Source of the DNA: Candidatus Hydrogenedentota bacterium
GTDB lineage: Bacteria; Hydrogenedentota; Hydrogenedentia; Hydrogenedentales; SLHB01
Length of the DNA stretch: 64,000 bases
NCBI GenBank assembly: GCA_963745075.1
Contig: CAVUWV010000010.1
Location: 239,544 to 303,543 of the forward strand
Direction: 5' to 3'
Position 1 is the first letter of the stretch. Every line of letters begins with the position of its first letter. Below, piece by piece: positions 1 to 9,813 of the stretch. A model generated the notes under the pieces. That model did not search any database. It saw nothing but the letters and a program-made list of their open reading frames with translations, and was not told where the DNA came from. A program made the position numbers and the translations under genes.

Positions 1-69
1 CGAATTGGCCCTGCCGATTTGAACGCCACGCGACCGTGGCACTGGCTCCTCGCAATCCTTCCTCAAGAC

Positions 70-98
70 CGCCAGGCTGGTGCCTGGCGCTCCCAGTG
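70..98. repeat. REP-like GC hairpin CGCCAGGCTGGYGCCTGGCGYTCCCAGTG (copy 1 of 2)
   Basis: 27/29 nt identical to 24070-24098. Contains the palindrome GCCAGGC/GCCTGGC. Confidence 0.6.
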
Positions 99-179
99 CG
101 CATACCGCGCGGTCATTCGGGGCCGGTGAGTGTCCCGCCAAGCAAAGGAAGTTTCATTTGACCGATCGAAGTTGGAATC

Positions 180-1148
180 ATGAACGCGCAGGAAGTCGAC
201 GAGATCATCGCGTGCCTGCCGCGGGGTCGAACCCTATACCACTACTTCAAGGACCGGTACGCCTTGGAGTTGTTGGCGCGGTACGTCGGCCCCGGCCGGC
301 CGGTGCGCGAGGTGCGGGCGTCCCAATTTGGCCCGTTGCTCAATCGGACCCGGGTAAAACCAGCCCTGGCACAGGCGGGGTCCGGCTATCTGACGCACGA
401 GGCATTGCTCAACCAATGGCCTGACACCTTTGGACATTTCCGATTGACACTCGCCCGGTGGCCGTTCGGCACTCGCAATGACCGATTCTACCACCAGACC
501 TCACGCCGGGGAACGAACCTCGTTCTACTGTTGAACTTCGCCAACGTTCATAAAGAGATGTACCGAAGCCTCTGCTCGAACATCTCGACCGACGCGTTCC
601 GGAATTCCTGTCATCCCGGAGCCGGCCGACGTAATTTGCCGCTTGCCTGGGCGCGAATCGACCTGTGCTTCCAGGAGAGCGCGGCGCTTATTGAGGAAAT
701 CCAGAACGACTGGTTGCGTGAAGCGAAAGGAATCCAGCAGTGGGTTCTTTCGTCCCAGGGCCGATCGCGGCGGGGGAATGGCTGGGCCCGGCTTTGGGGC
801 AAGGCCGTGCCCGTGACGGGCCTACTGCGGTACATCGAATTCCTCCAGCGTGAGTATGGCTCGACCTGGGATGAGGCCATGCTATGGGCGGCCATCTGGT
901 TCATCCGGGAGGAGCTTGGTATTCGCCGCATTTACTACCACACCTGGACCAGCGGCAACACGCTCAAGCGATTGGATGATCCCGAATACGGACAACCTCC
1001 ACGATCGTTGTACACGGCGCTGCCGCGAAAGTTCTGTTTTCAAACGTCGCGTGATGTACCACAATTCCTGCTTAACGGGCGGGTTTGTCGGAAGCACCGC
1101 CGCATGATGCAGCGCGGGGAACTGCCCATGTATGTGCTGAACCTGTGA
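180..1148 (+). CDS. hypothetical protein, 322 aa, no domain recognised
   Basis: Longest ORF here, with an ATG start and balanced non-repetitive composition. The overlapping alternative ORFs are Arg/Pro-rich, as expected for out-of-frame high-GC DNA. Confidence 0.5.
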   Translation: MNAQEVDEIIACLPRGRTLYHYFKDRYALELLARYVGPGRPVREVRASQFGPLLNRTRVKPALAQAGSGYLTHEALLNQWPDTFGHFRLTLARWPFGTRNDRFYHQTSRRGTNLVLLLNFANVHKEMYRSLCSNISTDAFRNSCHPGAGRRNLPLAWARIDLCFQESAALIEEIQNDWLREAKGIQQWVLSSQGRSRRGNGWARLWGKAVPVTGLLRYIEFLQREYGSTWDEAMLWAAIWFIREELGIRRIYYHTWTSGNTLKRLDDPEYGQPPRSLYTALPRKFCFQTSRDVPQFLLNGRVCRKHRRMMQRGELPMYVLNL

Positions 1149-1283
1149 GCGATCCAGCGCAGCCGAGCTGTTGGCGCGCAAGGATTTGCTTGCATAGGGG
1201 AAAGACACCGCGTAAACTCGCGCGCAGCAGCCCGGAACCTCCGTGGCGCACGATGAATATCGGAAGCAGGCGTAAATAATTTT

Positions 1284-2429
1284 ATGGCAACGAGCACGTT
1301 CATTCCATTCAATCGTCCCGGCATGATGGGCGACGAATTGCGTTTCATCACGGAGGCCGTCAATTCCGGCAAGATCTCCGGTGACGACCCCTTTACCGGC
1401 CGATGCCAGGAGTTGTTGGAACGGGAACTTGGGGTCCAGAGGGTCCTACTCACGCCATCCTGCACCCACGCCCTGGAAATGGCGGCGTTGTTGCTGAATA
1501 TCGTGCCCGGCGATGAGGTCATTCTGCCCACGTTTACGTTCGTGTCGACGGCAAACGCCTTTGTCCTGCGCGGCGCCAAGCCCGTGTTCGTTGACAGCCG
1601 ACCCGACACGCTGAATATCGACGAAAGCCGCATCGAGGAAAAGATCACATCCAAGACGAAAGCGATCATCCCGGTTCACTACGCCGGCGTCGGCTGCGAA
1701 CTCGACGCCATCCTCGCCCTCGCGTCGAAGCACGGAATCCCCGTCGTCGAAGACAACGCCCACGGCCTATTCGGCGAGTATCGCGGAAAGTATCTTGGTA
1801 CCTACGGCGCGCTCGGGACGCAGAGTTTCCACGAAACCAAGAATTTTACCTGCGGGGAAGGCGGCGCGCTGCTGATCAATGATCCCGCTATGGCGGATCG
1901 CGCGGAAGTTATTAGAGAGAAGGGTACCAACCGCGCCATGTTTTATCGCGGCCAGATCGACAAGTACTCCTGGGTCGATCTGGGATCGAGCTTCCTGCCT
2001 TCCGGTATCGCTTCCGCTTTCTTATACGGTCAACTGATCGCGTGGCGCGAAATCCAGGCCAGCCGCGAACGCGTCTGGAATTCGTATCACGACAACCTCC
2101 GCGACTGGGCCAACGAACACGGTGTCACATTCCCAACCGTGCCCGATCATTGCGAGCAGGCCTATCACATGTTCTACATGATCATGCCTTCGTTGGATTC
2201 GCGTCAGGCGTTGATCCAGCATCTGAAGGACCAGCAAATCCAAGCCGTATTCCACTACGTCCCGCTTCACCTTTCCAAGATGGGGAAGATCCTGGGGGGC
2301 AGGCAGGGGGACTGCCCCGTCGCGGAAGACTTGAGCGACCGCCTGATCCGGCTGCCCTTCTACAATACCCTGGAGGAAGCCGACCAGGCGCGCGTCGTTG
2401 AAGCCATCAAAGGCTTCTCTTGGTCATGA
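1284..2429 (+). CDS. wecE: DegT/DnrJ/EryC1/StrS-family aminotransferase, dTDP-4-amino-4,6-dideoxygalactose transaminase-like
   Basis: 381-aa ORF that aligns by eye along its full length with E. coli WecE/RffA. Shared blocks include IPFNRP, LLTPSCTHALEMAALLL, TFVSTANAF, FHETKN (PLP lysine) and IREKGTNR. Confidence 0.9.
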   Translation: MATSTFIPFNRPGMMGDELRFITEAVNSGKISGDDPFTGRCQELLERELGVQRVLLTPSCTHALEMAALLLNIVPGDEVILPTFTFVSTANAFVLRGAKPVFVDSRPDTLNIDESRIEEKITSKTKAIIPVHYAGVGCELDAILALASKHGIPVVEDNAHGLFGEYRGKYLGTYGALGTQSFHETKNFTCGEGGALLINDPAMADRAEVIREKGTNRAMFYRGQIDKYSWVDLGSSFLPSGIASAFLYGQLIAWREIQASRERVWNSYHDNLRDWANEHGVTFPTVPDHCEQAYHMFYMIMPSLDSRQALIQHLKDQQIQAVFHYVPLHLSKMGKILGGRQGDCPVAEDLSDRLIRLPFYNTLEEADQARVVEAIKGFSWS

Positions 2430-2547
2430 ACGAGAACGCTACGAAGGCGAAACCCCTGTGGTATCCTTTCGTATTCGTAATCGTAATCGTAGTCGCGAAC
2501 GACGCAGTCCCCCACGATTCTTAATCGCGCAGCAAAGCGAACGCGAC

Positions 2548-2602
2548 TCCCCCTTTGAAGGGGGTCCCGCCGTAGGCGGGAAAGGGTCGAGGGGGATGTT
2601 CG
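2548..2602. repeat. solo, degenerate terminal repeat of MITE family A
   Basis: TCCCCCTTTGAAGGGGG ... GAGGGGGATGTTC, with a ~25-nt insertion relative to the family-A right end. Confidence 0.5.
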
Positions 2603-2630
2603 CTCTCGGAGTCAGGCTAGAGGTCAATCG

Positions 2631-3666
2631 ATGATCCGCAAAAACGAAATCCTACGCAGCAAAGCCCCGCTCCGCATCAGTTTCGGCGGCGGCGGAACGG
2701 ACGTCGATCCCTACCGCTCGCTGTACGGTGGCTGCACGCTCAGCACGACCATCGACAAGTACGCCTACGTGAGCTGCCGTCCGCGCAAGGACAACGTCAT
2801 CGAAGTCCAGTCCCTCGACTACAACATCGTCGCGAAATACGACACTGCGAAGCCCTTCGTCATGGACGGCGAACTCGATCTCGCCAAAGCCGTCATCGCG
2901 CAGTTGAAACAGAAGCGCGCGTCCCGTGGGTTCGATCTCTTCATGCACAGCGACGCCCCGCCGGGCAGCGGCCTCGGTTCCTCATCGACCATGGTCGTGG
3001 CCCTGGTCAGTCTGTTCAAGGAGTACTACCGCCGCCCACTCACATCCTACGAGATCGCCGCGCTGGCCTACGACATCGAACGCAATGCCCTGGGCCTGAA
3101 AGGCGGTATGCAGGATCAGTACAACGCGACCTTCGGCGGGTTTAACTTCATCGAGTACATCGGCGACAAGGTCGTGGTGAATCCGCTCCGTCTCGACCCC
3201 GCGACGCTCCATGAACTCCACTACTCGATCGTCCTCTGCTACACGGGCCGGACACGCCAATCCGCCGGCATCATCGATAATCAAATGCAAAACGTCGAAG
3301 AAGGCGACAAGAAGGCGGTCAACGCCACGCACGCGCTTAAAGATTTGTGCGTTGATATGAAGAACGCCCTTTTGCAGGGCGAACTGCCCACCTTTGGCAA
3401 GCTCCTCCACGAATCGTGGCTGCAGAAGAAGAAGATCGCGAACCGCATCACCAACGCGCGCATCGACCGAATGTACGCCGAAACCCGCAAGCTCGGCGCG
3501 CTCGGGCGGCAAAATCGTCGGCGCGGGTGGCGGAGGCTACCTCCTGGTTTTTGCTCCCTTTGATCGCCGGCATCTCATCAAGAAACGTCTCGTCGAACTC
3601 GGCGCTCAACCCGTCGACTTCAATTTCGATTTCGATGGTGTCGTAACCTGGCGCGCGAAGGCCTAA
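2631..3666 (+). pseudogene. GHMP-family sugar kinase (D-glycero-D-manno-heptose 7-phosphate kinase-like), frame broken near 3504-3507
   Basis: N-terminal ORF 2631-3563 has APLRISFGGGGTD and PPGSGLGSSS (GHMP motif II). The C-terminal motif GGKIVGAGGGGYLLVF lies in the +1 frame (ORF 3394-3666). Removing one base in CTCGGGCGGC gives KLGALGGKIVGAGGGG. Confidence 0.8.
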
Positions 3667-3718
3667 GCACTACGTGCGCCTCGTGCGAGGTGTCCTTCTA
3701 TGCTTGTGAGACGGTCTT

Positions 3719-3890
3719 GAAGAACATCCCCCTTGAGCCCCCTTCAAAGGGGGAGAAGTGCGCAATCACGTTCATTCATGTATGCACCATGGTTGCCTCT
3801 GAACAATGGGTATTCCCAGCATCCCATACGCAACGCAGAGCGTTGCGAGAATTTCCCCCTTTGAAGGGGGATCAAGGGGGATGTTTCTTC
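3719..3890. mobile_element. MITE-like element, family A, copy 1 (172 bp)
   Basis: Ends are GAAGAACATCCCCCTTGAGCCCCCTTCAAAGGGGGA and TCCCCCTTTGAAGGGGGATCAAGGGGGATGTTTCTTC. Internal hairpin CGCAACGCagaGCGTTGCG. No coding capacity. Confidence 0.8.
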
Positions 3891-3918
3891 CTCTTATCGA
3901 GATCCCAACACGAGTCCG

Positions 3919-5184
3919 TTACCGCTCGTCGCGAAACGCTTCCCATGCCCCATCCAGAAAGTTATCCGCGCCCGACGCGAAGATTTGTATCGACCGGTGA
4001 TTCGCGGTGTCGTTGGGATGCGAGTCCCCAGCTCCGCCGCCATATTCACCTCGCAGTTGGTTCGGATGAGAGGAGTCGCTCGCCGGGCTCGCAAGAACAT
4101 TGAACCAGTCGAACACGGCCACGTTATGCAGGCCCGTGGAACTCAGGTACCTTGGCAACCATTCCTCCGTCAGCCACTTGTTGAACGCCCGAGCGCGCCC
4201 GGCAATCTCTCGATTCGTATCGTTCCAGCACTCCGGCGGCGCGGTCACGATCACGAACAACGTGTTCGGATTCGCGGCGAAGATGTCCTCCAACGGCCGG
4301 TACGTAGCCCCATCGTGATGGTACGAGTTCCCGGCGCCGTCTGGATGGCGGTAAACCGCTTTGTAGTTGGCGACCGTCTTCCAATCGCTGAAGGGATCGC
4401 CCGGCTCGGTGCCCTCGTCGTCAATATGACTGTTCGGAAAACAGCTCTTGTACAAGACAATCCGGTTCACGCCGCTCGCACACCCATGCCGGCGCACGTT
4501 ACCAAGATAATCGTTCAACCATAGTATCCAATGGTTCATGTCCGTCAATTCGCCGGGCACGGGTCCCAGCGAGTCGGGCCGGCCGGGATCTGCCGCCACG
4601 TCGACACCGTAGGTAATGTCGTTGCGCTCGTTGAAATAGTCCTTCGCGAGCAAGGCGTCATGCAGGCCACTGTTCAGCCAGTTCTCCCCGCAGGAGTGAT
4701 GGATGAAGACGAGATTATCCCCACCGCCAGATGGCTCCGGCTCCGCTTGTGCGGGAGTTTCTGCCGGAGCTTCTGAGGGAGTGGCCTCCTCGGTCATCTG
4801 CTCCTGCGCGGTTTCGGCCGGCGCCTCGCCTGCATCGCCCGACGTCACGCGGACGTAGTCTTGCTTTATTTCCGTCGATGTGGACCCGTTCGATAACGTC
4901 ACCTTGAGTGTGACGGTGTAAGTGCCAGGTTGGGCGTACTCGTGAGTGGTGTAACCCTCGGTGCTGCTGCTCCCGTCGCCGAAATCCCACGACCAACCCG
5001 TGGCGGCTTGGATGATGGCGTCGTCGCCGATGGGATGGAAGTGAACTTCGAGCGGCGCGCCCCCCGTCTCTGGCGCTCCATAGAAACTCACCACCGGATC
5101 GCCCGCCGCCGCAGTTCCCACGGGACTAAATAGCACACCGGCCAGAGCAAGGATGAAAAACGCCGACATGTATGCACGCATCAT
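3919..5184 (-). CDS. secreted PKD-domain protein with uncharacterised C-terminal domain
   Basis: Signal peptide MMRAYMSAFFILALAGV. PKD motif WDFGDGSSS...HEYAQPGTYTVTLKV. An acidic/Pro linker is followed by a ~270-aa unknown domain. The ORF extends to 5196; I prefer the 5184 start. Confidence 0.75.
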   Translation of the reverse strand: MMRAYMSAFFILALAGVLFSPVGTAAAGDPVVSFYGAPETGGAPLEVHFHPIGDDAIIQAATGWSWDFGDGSSSTEGYTTHEYAQPGTYTVTLKVTLSNGSTSTEIKQDYVRVTSGDAGEAPAETAQEQMTEEATPSEAPAETPAQAEPEPSGGGDNLVFIHHSCGENWLNSGLHDALLAKDYFNERNDITYGVDVAADPGRPDSLGPVPGELTDMNHWILWLNDYLGNVRRHGCASGVNRIVLYKSCFPNSHIDDEGTEPGDPFSDWKTVANYKAVYRHPDGAGNSYHHDGATYRPLEDIFAANPNTLFVIVTAPPECWNDTNREIAGRARAFNKWLTEEWLPRYLSSTGLHNVAVFDWFNVLASPASDSSHPNQLRGEYGGGAGDSHPNDTANHRSIQIFASGADNFLDGAWEAFRDER

Positions 5185-5281
5185 TCGTTCCCCCATTGCT
5201 GGAATTGCTCCAGCGTCAAGCCCGGAAACCCAGGTCCCGCCCCCAAACTATCAGCATAGCACGAAACCAGCGGTGGCGTAC

Positions 5282-6274
5282 TCAGTGCGACATGTGCAAT
5301 TCCACGACATCCCCGTCGTGCAGAACGTGATCCCGGCCCACCGGTTGGCCGTCGTGGACCCCGGCTCCCCACACGCGGGCCGTTCGTAGGTGCTCCAAAA
5401 AGTCTTTATGGACCTTCCCGGCGAACTCTTCGATGGTGCTGCCCTGTTTCAGCACGAATGGCGCCGTGAGGTCGGCCTCATGGTGCGGCTGTTTGGAGTA
5501 CACGCGGATCAGTTCCAAACGTTCCACTACGGTTTCCTTAAACTGTTCCAGGTTTCGGCCACGACTGACGGCAACCGGAAGCATCGACCAACCTTCTCCT
5601 TCCAGCTCGCGGAGAACCGAGAACTCTTCGTCCCACGATGCGTCGTCCACTTTGTTCACGAGCACCATGCAGGGAACGACGAAATCGCCGCGGCCCTCCG
5701 GCCGTTTGGCGTTCTTGCCCATTGGAACGATGTGATGTTCCTCCAATAACTCAACGGTGTCGTCGAGTTGCTGCATGGATCGCGACTGGATATCCACCAT
5801 CAGCAAAAGAAGGTCGGCCGTTCGGAGCAGGTTGAACAGTTCCGGTTCCACGTGCTCCCGGCTCAGCGGAGGCGTGTCGATCAACTGCAACTGAATATCC
5901 CGCACCGGCATCATCCCCGGCGTGGGGATCCACGTCGTAAACGGCGCTTCCGACACGTTCGGCGTAGCATGCGTTACCGCTGCGATCAGGGCGGATTTCC
6001 CGACGTTGGGCGCACCCACCACCACAACACGTGCGGGGCCTTCTTTCTCAATGTGGTAAACGGACTCCTGACGGTTGGTCTTCTTGGTACTCTCGGCGGC
6101 GTTCTTGAGCTTGGAAAGTTTCTGCCGCAAGCTGGCCCGGAGCTTGTCCGTGCCCTTGTGCTTGGGAATGGTGGCAAGCAACTCTTCCGTGAGGGCGGCC
6201 TTATCCTCGGGCGAGGTCGCCGCCTTAAGCCGGCCCTCCACTTCGAAATACTCTGGCGGTAGATTCGTCGGCAT
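5282..6274 (-). CDS. OBG/DRG-type GTP-binding protein with C-terminal TGS domain
   Basis: G1 GAPNVGKS, G3 DTPP, G4 NKVD. The C-terminal block GSTIEEFAGKVHKDF...DGDVVELH is TGS-like. The start is placed at MPTNLPPEY. Confidence 0.85.
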   Translation of the reverse strand: MPTNLPPEYFEVEGRLKAATSPEDKAALTEELLATIPKHKGTDKLRASLRQKLSKLKNAAESTKKTNRQESVYHIEKEGPARVVVVGAPNVGKSALIAAVTHATPNVSEAPFTTWIPTPGMMPVRDIQLQLIDTPPLSREHVEPELFNLLRTADLLLLMVDIQSRSMQQLDDTVELLEEHHIVPMGKNAKRPEGRGDFVVPCMVLVNKVDDASWDEEFSVLRELEGEGWSMLPVAVSRGRNLEQFKETVVERLELIRVYSKQPHHEADLTAPFVLKQGSTIEEFAGKVHKDFLEHLRTARVWGAGVHDGQPVGRDHVLHDGDVVELHMSH

Positions 6275-6364
6275 GGCTGATACCGCTTCCCCTGCGCGTT
6301 TCTCAACCCGGCTCCAGAATACGAGCAACGCGGGGGCCTGTCAACCGGCGGTTGACGACGTAGG

Positions 6365-6503
6365 GCGCAGAGACAGCAGAGACAGCAGGGACAGGGAAAG
6401 TCACAATATGAGCTTTGGAGTCTTGCCGGAGATTTCCCCCCACGGCTTGTGAGGATGGCCGTTATCGTCCCTGTTGTCCCTGCTGTCTCTGCTGTCCCTG
6501 CGC
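6365..6503. repeat. palindromic element, family D (CAGAGACAGCAG arms), 139 bp
   Basis: Arm GCGCAGAGACAGCAGAGACAGCAGGGACAGGG (6365-6396) pairs with CCCTGTTGTCCCTGCTGTCTCTGCTGTCCCTGCGC (6469-6503). A solo arm lies at 47161-47193. Confidence 0.7.
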
Positions 6504-6592
6504 TTCCAAAGGACGTTGCACCAAGTTGCATCATCCGCAACAAATTCTCTAGGCTCCTTCATCGTCATTATCCGGTCACTTGGGGCTGTGTT

Positions 6593-8738
6593 ATGTTTAA
6601 TCTGCGTCAACGTTCCTTAATTCTGTTTAGTCTTCTTCTGACTGCGTCGTCCGTATACGCCGGGTGGTGGGGGCCCCGCGACCAAAAGGAGTGGCGCTGG
6701 TACCTCGGCGATCAACACAGCTCGCATTACTCCAGGCTGGACCAGATCAATGTGAAGAACGTCGCGCAACTCGAACCGGTGTGGACCTACCACAGCGGCG
6801 GCGAAGCCCAGATTCAGACCAACCCCATCGTTATCGACGGTTTGCTCTACGGCATCTCGGCGGACCGAAAGGTCTTCGCCTTGGAAGCCGATACGGGCCG
6901 GGAGGCATGGGTACACACGCCGGAACATTACGAAGGCTCCGGCGGCGTCGTGCGCGGTCTTTTGTACTGGTCGGATGGCGACGATCGGCGCATCTACGCG
7001 ACCATCGAACACCACCTCTACGCTCTGAACGCCCGCACCGGCGCCCTCATCAAATCCTTCTGCGTCGATGGCGCGCTCGACATCAAGACCCTGTACGACC
7101 GTGACGTTCTCAAAGCTGCACGTCACGTCCAGTTCGCCGGGCGTGATTTACAAGAACACGCTGATCCTTTCCATTCGCACGTCCGAGGCCCTCCCCGCTG
7201 CGCCGGGCGATATCATCGCGCTGAATGTCCTCACCGGCAAGCGCGAATGGATCTTCCATACCATTCCCCATCCTGGCGAAGCGGGTTACGACACGTGGCC
7301 GGACGGCGCCTGGGAAACTGCGGGCGGAGCGAACTGCTGGGCGGGGATGAGTCTCGATGCCAAACGGGGCATCGTTTACATCCCGACTGGTTCCGCCGCC
7401 TACGACTTCTACGGGGCCGACCGGAAAGGGGCCGATCTCTTTGCGAACTGTTTACTCGCGTTGAATGCGGAAACCGGCGAGCGCATCTGGCATTTCCAGG
7501 CCATCCATCACGACTTGTGGGATCGCGATTTGCCCGCCCCGCCGAACCTGGTGACCGTCCGTCACAATGGCCGGAAGCGCGACGCGGTCGCGCAGATCAC
7601 CAAGTCGGCCTTTGTCTTCTTGTTCGATCGCGAAACCGGCGAGCCGCTTTTCCCCATCGAAGAGCGTCCCGTGCAACCCAGCCGCATCCCGGGCGAAGCG
7701 GCGTGGCCTACGCAGCCCATCCCTTTGAAGCCGCCGCCGTTCCAACCCCAGGCCTTCACCGAAGATATGGTCACCACGCGCACCCCCGAGGCCCACACCT
7801 ACGCCCTCGACCGCCTGCGTCGCGCGCGCACGGGCGAGCAGTTCATTCCGCCGAGTCTCGAAGGCACGGTCATCTTCCCTGGATTCGACGGTGGGGGCGA
7901 GTGGGGAGGCGCCGCGTCGGATCCGAAGACGGGCATGCTCTACGTCAACGCCAGCGTGATGCCCTGGATCCTCACCATGTACGAAGTGCACGAGGAGGGC
8001 GGTCCGAACGCAGCGGCGACCCGGGTCTACGCGCAGAACTGCATCTATTGCCACGGGCCGGACCTCAAGGGCGATCCCTTGAACGAGTTCCCGCCGCTGC
8101 GCGATCTCAAAACGAAGTACAGCGCCGACGAGATGGCGACCATCGTCCGGAATGGCCGCGAACGCATGCCGTCCTTCGGCTTCCTGAGCGACGCCGAAGT
8201 GAAGACCGTCACTCAGTTCCTCTTCGACCTCGACGAGCGGCAGGCGGATTCGATGGCCTCCGCTACGCAGGCCGAAGCCGCGCCGACTTCCGGCGAGCGC
8301 CGGTTTACCAGCACCGGCTACAACCGTTTCGTGGATCAGGACGGCTATCCCGCCATCAAACCGCCCTGGGGCACGCTGACCGCCATCGATCTCAACGAAG
8401 GCGCAATCACGTGGCAGGTCCCGCTCGGTGACGCGCCCGAACTCGCTGCGCAGGGCCTGACCCATACCGGCGTCGAAAACTACGGTGGCCCCATCGTCAC
8501 CGCGGGCGGGCTGATCTTCATCGCCGCAACGAAAGACGACTGCATCCGTGCCTTCGACAAGGACACTGGCAAAGAACTTTGGAAAGCGACGCTGCCCTTC
8601 GCGGGGTACGCCACCCCCTGCACCTACGAAATCGACGGCCGCCAATACCTCGTCATCGCCGCCGCGGGCGGCAAACTCGGCAGCCCTTCCGGCGACGCCT
8701 ACGTCGCCTACGCGCTGCCGGACCACAGAAAAGAGTAG
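6593..8738 (+). pseudogene. PQQ-dependent (glucose/quinate-type) dehydrogenase with inserted c-type cytochrome motif, frame broken near 7107-7111
   Basis: Signal peptide MFNLRQRSLILFSLLLTASSVYA. Beta-propeller blocks are present in two frames (6449 frame, then 7068 frame). Heme motif CIYCH. Removing one base gives ...LYDRDVSKLHVTSSSPGVIYKN. Confidence 0.8.
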
Positions 8739-8799
8739 TGAAAACAAGAACTCCATTTGTAGCCTCTCGCTGATGATGAGGCACTATCTGAGAGTCGAT

Positions 8800-8995
8800 A
8801 AGAAACATCCCCCTTGATCCCCCTTCAAAGGGGGAATTGTTCGCAACGCTTTGCGTTGCGCATCAGCGTTGGCAAGGATTCGCAGTATGGTCCAAGCGCA
8901 ATACAAACTATCGATAGTTTTCCGTCGCGGCTGACGCGCCGCGAAGCGGCTGCGCAAATTCCCCCTTTGAAGGGGGATCAAGGGGGATGATCTTC
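8800..8995. mobile_element. MITE-like element, family A, copy 2 (196 bp)
   Basis: Both 36-bp ends are present. Internal hairpin CGCAACGCtttGCGTTGCG. The interior is homologous, in inverted orientation, to copy 3. Confidence 0.8.
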
Positions 8996-9088
8996 GTTTC
9001 CCCCGGTATCCAGCTTTCCGTTCACCTTGATGCCCGTTTCGACATTCGGCATAGTTGCCTTCTGCGGTAGGCTTGGAAGGAGATCAGT

Positions 9089-9787
9089 ATGCATCTCGGC
9101 CCGGAGGCGATTGGCTGGTACGTCATCTTTCTGCTCAACATCACCCTGCATGAGGCCGCCCACGCGTTCGTCGCGTACAAGGGCGGCGACTCCACCGCGT
9201 ACGACAACGGCCAAGTCACCCTGAACCCCATCCCGCACATCAAGCACGAACCTATCGGCACCGTCGTCGTGCCCATCATTTCCTTGTTCCTCATGGGCTG
9301 GCCCCTCGGCTTTGCCAGCGCGCCCTACGATCCCTACTGGGCCGGTCGGCATCCGTATCGTGCAGGCTTCATGGCCCTCGCCGGTCCTCTAGCAAACCTG
9401 CTTCTCGTGATTCTCGCGGCCGTGCTCATCTGGATCGGGATCGCCGTTGGCGTGTTCGTCGGGCCGTCCTCCGCCAACATCGATCACGTCGTCGAAGCGA
9501 CCCAGGGTGGTGTCTGGGGCAGCCTCGCGTACGTCCTCAGCATCCTCTTTTCGCTCAACCTGCTCCTGTTCGTATTCAACCTTTTGCCCTTCCCGCCCCT
9601 CGACGGCAGCGGCGTCCTGTCCCTGTTTCTCCCGGAAAACGCGGCCGTCAAACTCCAGGAATTCCTCAGCAACCCCATGTTCACCCTCATCGGACTACTC
9701 GTCGCCTGGAAGATCTTCTGGCCCATCTTCGACCCCATCTTCACGCTGTCCCTGAACATCCTCTACCCCGGCGCAGGGTATGGATAA
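9089..9787 (+). CDS. site-2 protease family (peptidase M50) membrane metalloprotease
   Basis: HEAAH zinc motif in the first TM helix, multiple TM segments, and LLPFPPLDGS (M50 second motif). RBS GGAAGGAG lies upstream of the ATG. Confidence 0.85.
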   Translation: MHLGPEAIGWYVIFLLNITLHEAAHAFVAYKGGDSTAYDNGQVTLNPIPHIKHEPIGTVVVPIISLFLMGWPLGFASAPYDPYWAGRHPYRAGFMALAGPLANLLLVILAAVLIWIGIAVGVFVGPSSANIDHVVEATQGGVWGSLAYVLSILFSLNLLLFVFNLLPFPPLDGSGVLSLFLPENAAVKLQEFLSNPMFTLIGLLVAWKIFWPIFDPIFTLSLNILYPGAGYG

Positions 9788-9813
9788 GTGGAGGGTGGAG
9801 TCTGGAGACCGGA

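Noticed and set aside
3690-4103. ORFs encoding PPLKGDQGGCF / SPFEGGSRGMF / KNIPLDPPSKGE-type peptides (3690-4103, 3806-4000, 8784-8981, 18026-18283, 18232-18426, and the first 120 codons of 51325-52248).
   Set aside because: They are translations of the family-A MITE terminal repeats in different frames, not proteins.
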